A DNA stretch of 64,000 nucleotides from Saccostrea echinata. Taxonomy: Eukaryota. The stretch spans positions 34,162,001 through 34,226,000 of the forward strand of contig NW_026889758.1 of the NCBI RefSeq assembly GCF_033153115.1, given 5' to 3'. Below, in pieces: positions 14,275-26,203 of this stretch (positions are counted from its first letter, which is position 1; every line of letters begins with the position of its first letter). The position numbers were made by a program, and so were the translations under genes. The notes beneath the pieces were generated by a model, which had not been told where the DNA came from, made no database searches, and was given only the letters and a program-made list of their open reading frames with translations.

Positions 14275-14807
14275 TCAAAACGTGCTAATTTCATTTTATT
14301 TTAATTTTTATTTTAAACTGATACTTACGATGATAACCGATTCAACAATTGTTTACAGCAATTGACAATAACTCGTATTTTATAGCTTCTTTTTAACCCA
14401 GAAGTTTTGACTAACTTGGAAAGTAGTAATATGCTATTCGGGATACGCTACTGGGGATATACTAAACACACTATTCTGGATACAGTATCATGCTACTGGG
14501 GATATAAGACAGAACACGCTATCTGGCATACTGTCTGGGATTCCGCAACAAGAGCGTCTTCATTTGATGGACAATTTGTTTTGATTTTTTGATGATCTAT
14601 TTTACTTTTATATAATAATAAGAAACTGACCTTCACCATCTGTGCAAGAATCCGCTCCCCGCATCTACGTATGGCAATGTGTAACATATCCCAGAGACAA
14701 CAAGAGACATAGGTCTCAGAGACAAAGCTTGGACAGTGATTCACTCACAATGACACATTGCCTACGCAGTAAGCTTCAAAGAAGGACAGGCTTTATAAAA
14801 ATATCTA

Positions 14808-15215
14808 TTCTAATGAAATATATGGAAATAACGAACAGTATTCATGCTCATTAAACAATACAAATTTTGGAGCAGAGCAAACACGGACCTCTAAAACATC
14901 AGAAGTGGGATCAGGTGTCATGGAGGAGTGAGCCTCCCCTGCCGACCGGTCACATCCGCCGTATGCTCCATGTCATGATCGGGAAATAACGAAAAAAAAA
15001 ATCATTCGACAATTCTGTGTTTAAATAATGGCCTAACAATTAGTATGAAAAACGTCAGTCAGCATTTGACTTAATGATAAATTGTATTTGCTGACAAGGT
15101 CATTGCATCGACCATAGAACTTAGTAAATGACGACTTTAAACGAGACTGCTGATATTTTGGTTCCATCAACTTGTTTGTCAATAACTTACCTCGTTTTAG
15201 AAATTAATGATAAGA
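14808..15215 (-). mobile_element. Penelope-like retroelement 3' fragment
   Basis: Homologous to 20420-20810 and to the reverse complement of 38430-38710 and 63395-63780. Encodes a decayed RT C-terminus plus the conserved tail. Confidence 0.7.
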
Positions 15216-15561
15216 CACGATTTCCCTCAATAGCATTACCAATTCTTTCAATACACGATCCCTCACAAAAGAGGCGCGCACTAAGGCTTTCATGGACTAC
15301 CCTTGGGTTTAGACGTATAAAATATATATTTATATAATTTATATGAATGTGCGATTTATTACACAAGCGGTCATAAATAAAACATGATAAACTTTGAACA
15401 ATCTTCTTAAGATAAAAATAATAATTTTCTATTTAGAAAAATGAATCGAATGAATTGAGAAAAAAAAACTTTTTTGAAATCAATTACGTAATGCCTTTAT
15501 TATCTACATATATATGTTTACATTTAAACATTTATTTCGTTCCCAGTACCCCCTCTATATA

Positions 15562-17127
15562 TCATTGATCATACTTAAACACCATGACGTGACCTTCCTC
15601 AAATCCTAACCACAAGGTGTAGTGATCAACGCCCAGACAAATAGGATGCTTGTCGAGACCGTGCCCAGTCGTGACGAATTTCTCCAACAGCTTCCCGTAA
15701 CTATCGATAAATCGAACCTCACGACTTTGACAGCCACTAACAATGATTCTATGGCGATCATCACAGCACACGTCCCATGCAGATATATCAACCACCCAGC
15801 GGTCCCAAAGAGGCGCCTTCTTGTTGTATTCTTTATAAATAAACTTCAGACGGCCATCACTATCCAGAACGCACAAACGACCCTTATTTTCCCCTAAAAC
15901 ATCAATGACGCAGATATCTCGGTTTCCGTTTTCGACGGCCTTTCTTGGTGCTGTAAATAAGTTTTCTGTTCCATAAACTTGAACCTCTATTCCATCCATT
16001 TTCATTTTTGATATTTTTCTTTGGCTTTGCCTGGAAAGTATGAATTCAAACTTGTCCACCAAGCTGACTAAAAGATGACCATCATGGGTTAAAGAAACAC
16101 TTGTTGGACGTAGCTTTTTTGTTTCAAACAACTTCACGATAGAACCGTCGGATGATATTACTCTGTAAATGCTTTTGTTGCGGAAGTCTGCACAAAACAA
16201 CGTTCCATCGCGTGTTTTACTGAATGAATTTACAATGAAGTGGAAGTTAAGCTTTTTGATGACCTCTCCATCTTTGTCCACCAAAGCGTTCGTATGGCCT
16301 TCTCGTTGATGGATCCATGCCTTTTCTGCAATTGGACATATTGACTGTATATCAAATATTCCGTGCCTAAATATGGAAATAACATCAAAGGTGATCTTAA
16401 AGTCCATCTCTTGATCACGTGGTCGATGTGCAGACCTTGGTGTTTTAACATCGACTGGTCGCTTTAATGGTGTCTTTTCATAGATACTTTCTTTAGGAGT
16501 AAATCGCCCAAACATGTCTGCCAGAAGATCTTTATCAATGTTTCCTTGCTCGAAAGACCACGATACCATCTGTTTCCGAAAGTTATCGGGCGAATATTCA
16601 TCCATTGCCATCTTCAAATTGCGATTAGCTAGTATTATTTCTGCATCAGATCCAGATTTTGATTTCTCTGCGCAAATCCGTCGGACGCTCTCTAAATAAA
16701 TCTTGTCGGATTCTGCCTTTCCAACTGCATTTCTAGATAATTTGACTTTATCCCTACAATTCTGTTTCAATTTTTCTTGGATGTCCCGCACAATGGATAT
16801 TATTTTGTCGCCCTGAGCGTCAATTCTTGCCAACTGGTCACTTATATCATTGGTAGCCCTTTTGGTATTGGAAATACTTGCCGACAAAAGACGAAGGTGA
16901 TCTCTTTGAATTTGACGCAAATTTTCCGAGAGTTCGTATTTTTTTATAGTAACGATATCGCTAACTTTGCACCAATCGTGTGACTTGTGAAGATTTAAAA
17001 TACAGTCCATGCACACTAAAACGTCACACGATTTACAAAAACAGTTCAGGATCAAGGGTTTATGAACTTCACATTTTATATCCCCATCACTTTGGGTGTC
17101 TTGAGAAATTCTTTTTACGTATGCCAT
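15562..17127 (-). CDS. Intronless TRIM-like protein (single B-box, coiled coil, C-terminal NHL-like beta-propeller; no RING), 521 aa
   Basis: Long ORF with B-box CEVHKPLILNCFCKSCDVLVCMDCILNLHKSH, a helical coiled-coil segment, then NHL-like blades (RPTSVSLTHDGHLLVS, APRKAVENGNRDICVID, AWDVCCDDRHRIIVSG, PICLGVDHYTLWLG). This architecture resembles the TRIM2/3/71-like family that is expanded in bivalves. Confidence 0.88.
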   Translation of the reverse strand: MAYVKRISQDTQSDGDIKCEVHKPLILNCFCKSCDVLVCMDCILNLHKSHDWCKVSDIVTIKKYELSENLRQIQRDHLRLLSASISNTKRATNDISDQLARIDAQGDKIISIVRDIQEKLKQNCRDKVKLSRNAVGKAESDKIYLESVRRICAEKSKSGSDAEIILANRNLKMAMDEYSPDNFRKQMVSWSFEQGNIDKDLLADMFGRFTPKESIYEKTPLKRPVDVKTPRSAHRPRDQEMDFKITFDVISIFRHGIFDIQSICPIAEKAWIHQREGHTNALVDKDGEVIKKLNFHFIVNSFSKTRDGTLFCADFRNKSIYRVISSDGSIVKLFETKKLRPTSVSLTHDGHLLVSLVDKFEFILSRQSQRKISKMKMDGIEVQVYGTENLFTAPRKAVENGNRDICVIDVLGENKGRLCVLDSDGRLKFIYKEYNKKAPLWDRWVVDISAWDVCCDDRHRIIVSGCQSREVRFIDSYGKLLEKFVTTGHGLDKHPICLGVDHYTLWLGFEEGHVMVFKYDQ

Positions 17128-17554
17128 GTTCTTCGTACATACAAAATAACGAAAACTTACCCTTGCCTTTAGAGAACACAGTGTGAATGGAAAAGAGGAT
17201 ATGCATATATGAATTAAAAGAATGGTAATATTGGTAATTTATCTATCACGCTCGTTGCTCCCTTTGTAACCTGATCGTGTGCAAGTACGTGTAAGTATTC
17301 ATGTTAAAGTCAGAAATGTCAAAATATCATGTTTATTCGAAAAAGAACAATAAAACTGTACTAAATCACATTCAAAAAAAGAAAAAAAATTGTGCAAAGG
17401 GCTTCACTAAACATGTTTCAGCGTGTTCCAAATAAGTACTAAAAGAATACTAGTGCATATGAAAAAAAATGCATAGAGAAAAATTGAGAGGTAGGAGTCA
17501 CAAAGCATAAAAATTGACCAATGCAGTTTAGTTATAGTCAGAAACAGTTCTTTA

Positions 17555-19527
17555 CTATGATCGAATCGCAGCTAGAATCATGCAGCCAAAATTGACCGCG
17601 TTCAGAACAGTTCTAAAGAGATGTCTGCTATTCCAACGCTCTACCGCGTCTTCCAGCCATTTTTCACCTGCAAAAAATATTTTAAAATTTTCTTAATATT
17701 TGAAAGATTCCATCGTTGATAATTTCTTTGTGTACACAGTGCGATCAGATTGCACGATTTAAAAATAAAGCATTTAATCCGCAGACTGACACTTGTACAA
17801 ATACCTTTAAGTTCTATAGGGAGACTGGGACTTTTTACACTATATCTTAAATTGTTTTAAATAAAAACCACTGAATGAATTTATCATCTACTTGGAATCT
17901 GGATAATTTTGACCTCTGATGAATTATAGAAAATAACACCCTGAATATGAATTCTCGGACAGAAAATTAAAATCTCTGCAAGACACAAATTACTTCAATT
18001 GTTCACTATTTAAATATAGAATAAAAGTTACACAAAAGCTGACAATACTTTTGATTTTTTTTTTCTTTAAAGTACATTTTGATAGGGTTTCATTCAATAC
18101 AAGGAAATATAAGTGTTGAAATATTGTAAAAGCTTCAGATGAAAGGGAAAAAAACAAAGAAATTTATACTTCTCATAAGCAAAGTCTCACTTAATAATTG
18201 AAAATATTTTATTATAAACTCTAAGTCTCCACAATAAAGTGAACTTCATGCCTCTGTCATGATAAGGATCAATACACAGACAGTATGAACTATTCTTGTA
18301 AAAGGAGGCAGTTACACCTAGTACTCTTAAGCCTAATTTTTCTATTACCAGTAGTAGTAACCTATGTGAATGTTGAATTTTTTTTTACTGGATCACAATG
18401 ATGGAATCATACTGATGCAATATTAAGGGCATGTAGCAGCTAGGTCATCCCATTTGAGAACTTTCGCTCTATGTACCAATGTATATCGTAAATAGATTTG
18501 ATGATCAAAACCTACGAAAATATGAGTAGGTGCATGGAAAGTGACTTAATAAAAGAGAAGACAATTCTATACATCAAAGTGAGAATCAATAATGAAAAAA
18601 AATTACTAGTAAACAGGATTTAAAAAACGTACAGCTTCAATTCCTGTTTGCGAGTCAAAATACATACTATTTACTTAGGTCCCTATATGTATGATGCTGC
18701 TTCATGATACTACTAATGCAACGAATTTTCCCGATTTTTTCACAAAGAAAAAAAAATTAAAATGAAATCAAATAATCAAATGGCATATATTCAACTCGGT
18801 CAATAACTTGGACAGAATAATTAATTTTAATATAGATAAAATAAATCAAAATAATGAGTACCTTTTTTCTCTATAACTTTCTCGTCTAAAATAACGTTGA
18901 CCTCTGGAATGATAATAGTAAAGGTATAGATTGATCCAATGAGGAAACAGGCAGGGGACACCAACCATAAATTCCTAGACGGCGACTCCTCAAGGGCGAA
19001 ATAGAGGTAGGTGGGGGCGGAAGCAGTAACAAGAGTGGAAGCCAACTGAAAGAGAACGAAAAGATTTCATCTGGAGAGGAAAACGAAATACTTTTTCATA
19101 TTTAGCTAATTTTTTTTTTAATTCAACCAAAATAATAATGAACGAAATAATAAACAAACATTATCAATAAATGCTTCTTATTGTTTCATATGCATTGGAA
19201 TTAAATGCAGTTCTAGATAACTAACTTAGTATTAATTATTAAAATGTCGCAATTTCTTATAAATCTCGAGCCCGGTATAAAATTAACCAGTTTTTCTGCA
19301 GCTTATTCTTAAATTAAAAGGCTTAAATGCATTTAACGTAACTTGAATACCATTGATTTGGCCGCCATTTTAAAACTTCTTGTAAACTGCTGCCACAATG
19401 CTTTGGCTGGCAACGATCGTCTGCTTTGAACTTCCACCAGAGAAACGTAAATTCCAGCTCCAGCCATGTATCCCGTGGAAAAAACAGCCGCTAGCTTACA
19501 TCCTTCTATCAGATCCAAAGGTGCCAT
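17555..19527 (-). CDS. DUF1772 / anthrone-oxygenase-like small membrane protein, copy 1 (3 exons, 157 aa)
   Basis: Exons 19527-19351, 19045-18862, 17667-17555; GT-AG; 474 nt in frame. The pattern GAGIYVSLVEVQSR...W..F..S / YTFTIIIPEVNVIL / ERWNSRHLFRT matches the DUF1772 (PF08592) signature recalled from memory, with about 4 hydrophobic helices. Confidence 0.8.
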
Positions 19528-20011
19528 CGTTAATCTTGAAACTCTTTTCCTTAAATAAGGTTGACGTTCGACGTGCGCACCTTGCTATACCTGGCTTTCA
19601 GTTGATTTGCCCTACTTTACAATGTGCTACGCTTTGCTGAGATTAAGATGATTGAAAACCCTATGCACAGAAGACATTTCGAATTGTAATATTAACACGT
19701 ACTTCAAAGTTCCATAACCCACAGACGAAGAAAAAAACAAGTTTAAAGAGAAATATGTTTTCAAACTTCAGATATAGGACATTACATATTTTGCAGTTAA
19801 AATCTAAATATCTAAAGTATCTTTTTATCTAATGGAAAAAAGGTAAAAGTCCTTATGCTGAGTTGTTTAAGTATGTCACTCCTCCAAAACCCAGGGTCAG
19901 GATGAAACACAATAGTTGTTCATAGTTTTGAACAGGGGCTGGGGAATCAAAATATTGGTATTACTCAAACAGTAACGAAACTGATTTTCGTACAACTAAT
20001 TAGCGAAACAG

Positions 20012-20090
20012 TCATATCAATGAGATCATGCAGCCTAAATAAAGCTTGAAAAGTTCTGTCAGTCTAAAGTACAACCACTTTTCACCTGAA
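20012..20090 (-). pseudogene. Orphan degenerate DUF1772 exon-3 relic
   Basis: Reverse strand reads ttcag|GTGAAAAGTGGTTG...GGCTGCATGATC (GEKWL...GCMI) with an internal deletion. The adjacent intron sequence 20100-20215 resembles 17680-17790. Confidence 0.55.
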
Positions 20091-20409
20091 AAAGATAATT
20101 TAAGTTTCTTAAATAAATAATGTAAAAATCCACTGTTGAATTATTTTTGTTTACACAGTTCATTCACGATTGCTTAGCTGAAAGGATTCATATTATATGC
20201 ACGGCTGACACCTGAATCCACATTTCGAAAGGATATTTGAGGACATTAAGATTATATTCTCTTTTTCGAAAGAAGAAATTAAATTGAGTATAGAATTGTA
20301 AAGTATGGAGAGCATTAACAAAATGCAACATATTCTCTTGGTACTCGAAACAAAACTATTCCTAATCAGTCTTCTGGAAAGAACATTATACAGCTAAGTT
20401 AGAAAAATA

Positions 20410-21425
20410 CATTGTATGAAAATATGGAGATAACGAACAGTAATCAAGCTCAAAAGTTCATTGAAACAATACAAATCGGGAGCAGAGCAAATACGAACCT
20501 CTAAAAGCATCAGAGGTGGGATCGGGTACTATGGAAGAGTAAGCATCCCCAGTCGACCGGTCACACCGTTGCTCCTTGTCATGATCGGACAAATGGAAAA
20601 ATCCGCAGACAATTCAGTGTGTAAGTAATGGCCTAACAAATAGTATGAAGAACGCCAGTCAGCATTCGACTTAATGATAGACTGTGTTTGCTGACAAGGT
20701 CATTGTATCGACCATAGAACTTGCGAAATGTTTACTTCAACGAGACTGTTGATATCCTTGTTTCATCAACTTGTTTGTCAATAGCTTGCCTCGTTTTAGA
20801 AATTGTTCGAACGTAGAGTATGCTCTTGTGTATCGAATCAACTGGGAGACATTAACTCCATATGTCCAAATGTGAAACAGATGGTGTCAGACTCTGTGAT
20901 ATCTTTTATTTCAAGTTCACTAGGATATATCGAGTCAACATATGAATGGAGGTAACTTTTATTAATTGATAATGCGTCGTTGATATATCGAAATGTAGAG
21001 CTGAAGGTCACAACAAGTGTTTTCTTCATCTCATGTATACGTTTTTTTCTTCTTCATATGAATCTAAAGATAGGTCTGCTAAAAAAGGAGCACAATTTAT
21101 ACCCAAGGGATTTCCGACAGGTTGTTGGAGGACTTGAACTCCAAATACTACATAGATATAGTCAATAAGAAATTTAATATCAACTTCGAAGTACTTGTGC
21201 GTACAATCAGAATGTTCAATGTGGTGGTATAATTCAACTGTGGATTCTGAAAACCTCATCAGAACTTTAACTTTTTAGAAAATTAAAATTCACTAACAAA
21301 GAAACACAATTCGTGAGCATGGGAATTCCAACATATTATTGGAGGACCTGGTCTCCAAAGACAACACAGATATTGTAAATGAGGAACTCCTGCATCTTTT
21401 TTATAACAACTTCATAGTGCTTGAT
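20410..21425 (-). mobile_element. Penelope-like retroelement remnant (RT domain and 3' tail, with a partial tandem piece)
   Basis: Decayed peptides VFGVQVLQQPVGNPLGINCAPFLADL.L.SYE and TFRYINDALSIN...IYPSELEIKDITES resemble Penelope-type RT (GIPMG.NCAP; RYIDD). A second VFGDQV...GIPM copy lies at 21290-21420. Confidence 0.78.
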
Positions 21426-21429
21426 GGCT

Positions 21430-21818
21430 GATGTTATTATTTGATAAGGAAAAAATGATAATGTTTATACGATGCACTAATAGTTTCTGGTGTAAACTTA
21501 TGTGTTTCAAATAACTTTTGGAATGGTGTGAAAGATAACTCCAATATGAGTTACCTGACCCTAAACTTTTTTGAGCATCTTAAAACACCACACTTACATA
21601 GGCAAAAATACAATCTTCTTTGCTTTGAGACTGAATTTTTGTGATTTCTCCTAAGTAAACTTTTCATTATTGTTAATATCACTTTTGATCAAGGAATCTG
21701 GATATGGAGGTAATATACCAGAGAAAAGTGCAAGGCATACAGATATAAACTTGTTAGAAAAAAGGGATATTTGAAAGGGATATATTATCTGCGGAGGGGA
21801 TAGGTTTACATATGCCAT
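21430..21818 (-). pseudogene. Decayed, internally deleted paralog of the TRIM-like gene
   Basis: Start context gaagaacATGGCATATGTAAA mirrors the TRIM start (gaagaacATGGCATACGTAAA), and upstream 21900-22190 resembles 17210-17550. Residual peptide FETHKFTPETISAS compares with FETKKLRPTSVSLT. Stops and frameshifts are present, and the relic is truncated by a Penelope-like fragment. Confidence 0.6.
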
Positions 21819-22199
21819 GTTCTTCTTGCGTGGAAGTTCCGGAAAGTTTACTCATAACGATAGAGAATGCAATGCTAATGAACAATAGAATACATCAACT
21901 TGAACTAAAAGAAGGCTATATTAGTAATGTCTATCGTGCTGATTGCTCCTTTTGAAACATGAGCGTTTGCAATTAAAGTCTAATATGTCAAAATATCACG
22001 TTTATTATGAAACTGCTTTACAGAAAAAGAGAGAAAGAAAGCAAAGTACTTTCCTACACATGTTACAACATGATCATAATAAGCACCTATAGAACACTAA
22101 AATAATTGATGAATGTATAGAAATGGACGTCACAAAGGATAAAAATTGACTAATTCAGTTAATTTTGGCCAGGAACAGTGAGTTGGTAAAATTTCTTTG

Positions 22200-23149
22200 C
22201 TATGATCTAATCGCAGCCAGAATCATGCAGCCGAAATTGACCGCGTTCATAACTGTCCTGAAGAGATGTCTGCTATTCCAACGCTCTACCGCGTCTTCCA
22301 GCCATTTTTCACCTGAAAAACACCATTAATATCGCTTAATATTTGAAAGATTCCACGGTTGGTAATTTCTTTGTGTACACACTGCGATCAGATTGCACCA
22401 TTAAAAATGAAAACATTTAATCCGATGTGTTCCCTGCAAGATTGACACGTATTAAGACTCGGATTTTTTTCAGTTAATAAGCGTAAACCGTAAAACAACA
22501 CTTAAGCAAAATAGGTATAGATAGAGAGTACGGAATAAATCATACTGAATATATTTAATGTCTAATTTAACTGAAAGTATATGTAGCGCCCCGANNNNNN
22601 NNNNNNNNNNNNNNNNNNNNNNNNNNNNNNNNNNNNNNNNNNNNNNNNNNNNNNNNNNNNNNNNNNNNNNNNNNNNNNNNNNNNNNNNNNNNNNNNNNNN
22701 NNNNNNNNNNNNNNNNNNNNNNNNNNNNAAACATCTGGATGTCCACATACGCTGATCAAATTAAAAGAGCATGTAGAAGGTCATTCCATTTAAGAACTTT
22801 CGCTTTGTATGATTGCTTTTCGCAAATTTGATATGATACTTACTTCCATTTAGGCAAGTGCTTGGCAAGTATGTCAATATATGAATAAAACAATTAGAAA
22901 AATTGAAAACAATATTTTTATAAATGACAAAATGGAACATAATGCAAAATAATAAACAGTATGAATAAACTGTACAGGTTCAATGCAGGGACAAAATGCA
23001 TAACTTAGGTCCCTAAATCTAATATGATATTGTCACTTCTTGATATTGCTATAATTTTTCGGATATTTTGAAATTGTAACATTGTACTGAAATTAATTGA
23101 AGTAATAGACTTTGAAAGAATAAGTAGGTAACAGTGATTGAATAAATCC

Positions 23150-23180
<31 letters not shown>

Positions 23181-23821
23181 ACCTTTTTTCTCGATAACCT
23201 TCTCGTCCAAAATAACGTTGACCTCTGGAATGAAAATCGTGAAGGTGTAGATTGACAAAATGAGGGAACAGGCAGGGGAAACTAACCATAAGTTCCGAGA
23301 CGGCGACCCCTCCAGGACGAAATAGAGATAGGTGGGGGCAACAGCGGTAACAAGAGAGGAAATCAGCTAAAAGAGAACGAACATTTCTTGTTTACATGTA
23401 TGATCTGGCGAGACTAAAATGCCTTTACATAAAACAAGATAATAATCACAGTTGTTTCAAAATTTGCTATAAATTCTTTTTATATGCAGTAGAGTATGAG
23501 AATCTTATTTATTTTAGTATAATTCTAGTTGCCAGCATATTGCAATTTCTGCTAGTATAAAATCCATCAGTAGAACTGTAATTTCTCATGTTGGAAGACT
23601 TAAATTCATCTAATTAATGTAACTTGAAATAACCCTGAAATTACCATTGACTGGGCCGCCACTTTAAAACTTCGTGTAAACTGCTGCCACAATGCTTTGG
23701 CTGGCAATGATCGTCTGCTTTGAACTTCCACCAGAGAAACGTAAATTCCAGCTCCGGCCATATATCCAGTGGAAAAAACAGCTGCTAGCTTACATCCTCC
23801 TTTCAGATCCAAAGGTGTCAT
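22200..23821 (-). CDS. DUF1772 / anthrone-oxygenase-like protein, copy 2 (3 exons, 157 aa)
   Basis: Exons 23821-23645, 23366-23183, 22312-22200 have the same lengths as copy 1 (177/184/113), an intact frame and GT-AG sites. Intron 2 contains an N-gap. Confidence 0.8.
22595..22728. other. Assembly gap in intron 2 of DUF1772 copy 2
   Basis: N-run. Confidence 0.95.
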
Positions 23822-24217
23822 TGTTAATCTTTAATAATTTTCTTTTTCTTAAAAGAGGTTGATGTTCGATGAGCAGACCTAGCTATACCTGGCTTTCAGT
23901 CGATTTGCTGTATCTATGCAATGAAGCTACTTCTTTCTGCAGTTTAGATGATTGATTGTCCTATTCACAAAAGGTATTTCAAATTTCAATGAAATAAAGA
24001 GACTGTTTAAAGAGGAGTGTGCTTATGACATTAGGCACGTAGCATGTTTTCAAAGTTAGGAAGGAGTAGTGGCAGAAAAAAATTAAAAAGGAATGAAAAT
24101 TGCTGAACAAAGCGATAACTGCCCAAATTTGAAAAACCTATTTCATGGAGGGGGTTCAGCGATTCAAACTTTCCGCAAAGAAAGGATGCAATTATGTGTG
24201 AGGGTTGATTATACATG

Positions 24218-25714
24218 TGTTACACTAAGAGTTTAAATCTAAAGTTTGTCTGTCTGTCCGTCTGTCTGTTTAAATTGTCAAAATGTAAGGTTACTCAATT
24301 TTGCACAGTTTCTTGTAGTGTTTAGTTTAATTGAAGAAAAATCTTTTGTTCTTTTGATGTGACTTGTCGTTACTCGTGAAGATTTAGACGTTAGATTTCT
24401 AGGTAACAAAGTTAATTCTCACTTCCTTTGTATTAAATTAGCATGTCTCTTAAGATCAAATAGTCATATCAAGCCAATGAGTAAATAAATAAATTCTTCT
24501 TTATTTCGGCATCTTTGGAAATAAATTCTTTATACACTTAACTTGACACTTCGAAATTCCTCATCACGGAAAATGTTTACTTTGTTTCGGCTTTTCTTAA
24601 TCCGTTTTTGTTATTAAAAAAGTGTCCGCGGACAGATAAGTAATTGAAGTAACACTTTCATTAGTTGAGCGATTAGTGTCAAACATAAAAGAAATTTTGC
24701 CGAAATTGGCTAAAACTATTCTGTAACATGCTTCCTGATTGGTCAGAATTCAAGTCTGTAGAATGACCGCATCGGTTAGTGATTTCAGCAAAATCACTTT
24801 CTGATCTGGTCTGAAGAAATAAAGTTCATTGTAATTCTACAGATTTGATTCTGTCTTTTTAGGTAAGCTTGAATTTTTATTCTAATTACTTAAAGAATTT
24901 TCATCTTAAAATAACGATATTTAAATAAGATTGAAAGTTTTCATTTAGGTTAAGTTAAGAATTTTAAAAGGAATTTGTAGACTTCTTTGTTTGATTATTT
25001 TTACTGTTTAAGTATTGTGTTTAAAATTATTTTTCATTTATAACTTACTTACTGGTAGAAAATATTTTATTGTAATTTGCAAATTCATATCAATTCATTT
25101 TATTTTTACTTAATCTCTAAATCATATTTTGTTTATAATTTTCTGAAAGTTTTTCTTTGAATTTTTACTTTTTGTTTACTTGGAAATTTTTGTGTTTCGA
25201 ATTTACCGCTAAAATTTTATGTGTAACTCTTTAGTAAGCGGAGGCGAATAGCTTAGTGTTTACAAGCTAAAACCGAAAGTAGTAGCACTAAATTCTAAAA
25301 CTGCTTAAATTTATTTAATCTTTGATACTCGCTTATTTATCTATTGATCATTATGACAGACATTTGTAACAGTTTAATCGGTAAGCTTAATTATTCTTTA
25401 TTTTGGTAAAAAGTTTATTTTCTTTCATAAATGGATATTTCTCCGATAGTGTTCGTGACTTTGTTTAATAAATAATGATGTTTACTTCCGATGTTGTTTA
25501 TGACTACTACAGTTTGTAAACTTTATTATTATTGATTGATATTGATTTGTATTGAAAAGATCACTTTCCGATCTGGTCTAAAGAAATAAAGTTCATTGTA
25601 ATTCTACAGATTTGATTCTGTCTTTTTAGATTTATACTGTGATTGTGATTTACTCACATCAGACACAGCTAATTCCCCAAATAATCACGAGGGTGAAAAC
25701 CAGAGGGTGATACA
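24218..25714 (+). mobile_element. About 1.5-kb insertion, solo-LTR-like
   Basis: TGTTACAC...GTGATACA ends, an internal direct repeat of about 68 bp containing AATAAA (24795-24862 and 25561-25629), and ATACATGT at both boundaries. Absent from the paralogous segment at 19700-19860. Confidence 0.5.
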
Positions 25715-26094
25715 TGTACTGCTATAAAGAGTGGGGGAGGCGCCTTTCAATCATAATTTTCATACTAAATAAACAGAAAAAGTCCATTCTGGGGCAAAGT
25801 GGCAGAGAGGACCCCTTCCCCTTGATAGGTGACTGTAACACTAGACTTGTTTTGCAGTTGAAATTTGGCAAATATAAGTCTTTTAAGTATCGCATTGTCC
25901 AATGATAAATCTTTTGTTTCGGATTAAGAGGCATAAATACTAATGTTGTGTTGTTGAAAGTATGTCACCCCAGTGTCAGGGTGTGATACAACAGTGGTTT
26001 ATTGTTTTTGAACAGGGGGTAGTCTCCAGGATCAAAATATCGGTATAACTCAAATAAGAAAAAGAGAATGACTAAGAATTTACATAAATCATCA

Positions 26095-26203
26095 AAAAAG
26101 AAACACAACAGTCAGAATCATGCTGCCGAAATAAACCATGCAAGATCAGTTTCCATCAAGTTACCGCTTCTTCCATTTTTATTGTCCAACCATTCTCGCT
26201 GCA
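26095..26203 (-). pseudogene. Second orphan degenerate DUF1772 exon-3 relic
   Basis: Reverse strand reads tgcag|CGAGAATGGTTGGAC...TTCGGCAGCATGATTCTGACT with frameshifts. Flanks 25950-26060 and 26210-26550 are homologous to 19860-19975 and 20090-20410. Confidence 0.5.

Noticed and set aside
15562-17127. Long intronless ORF as bacterial contamination or a viral gene
   Set aside because: The B-box/coiled-coil architecture is metazoan, and a decayed paralog is embedded in the neighbouring host duplication.
22582-22735. LTR element spanning the second gap (TGTAGCG...ACA)
   Set aside because: Only about 13 bases are visible beside the Ns, which is insufficient evidence.
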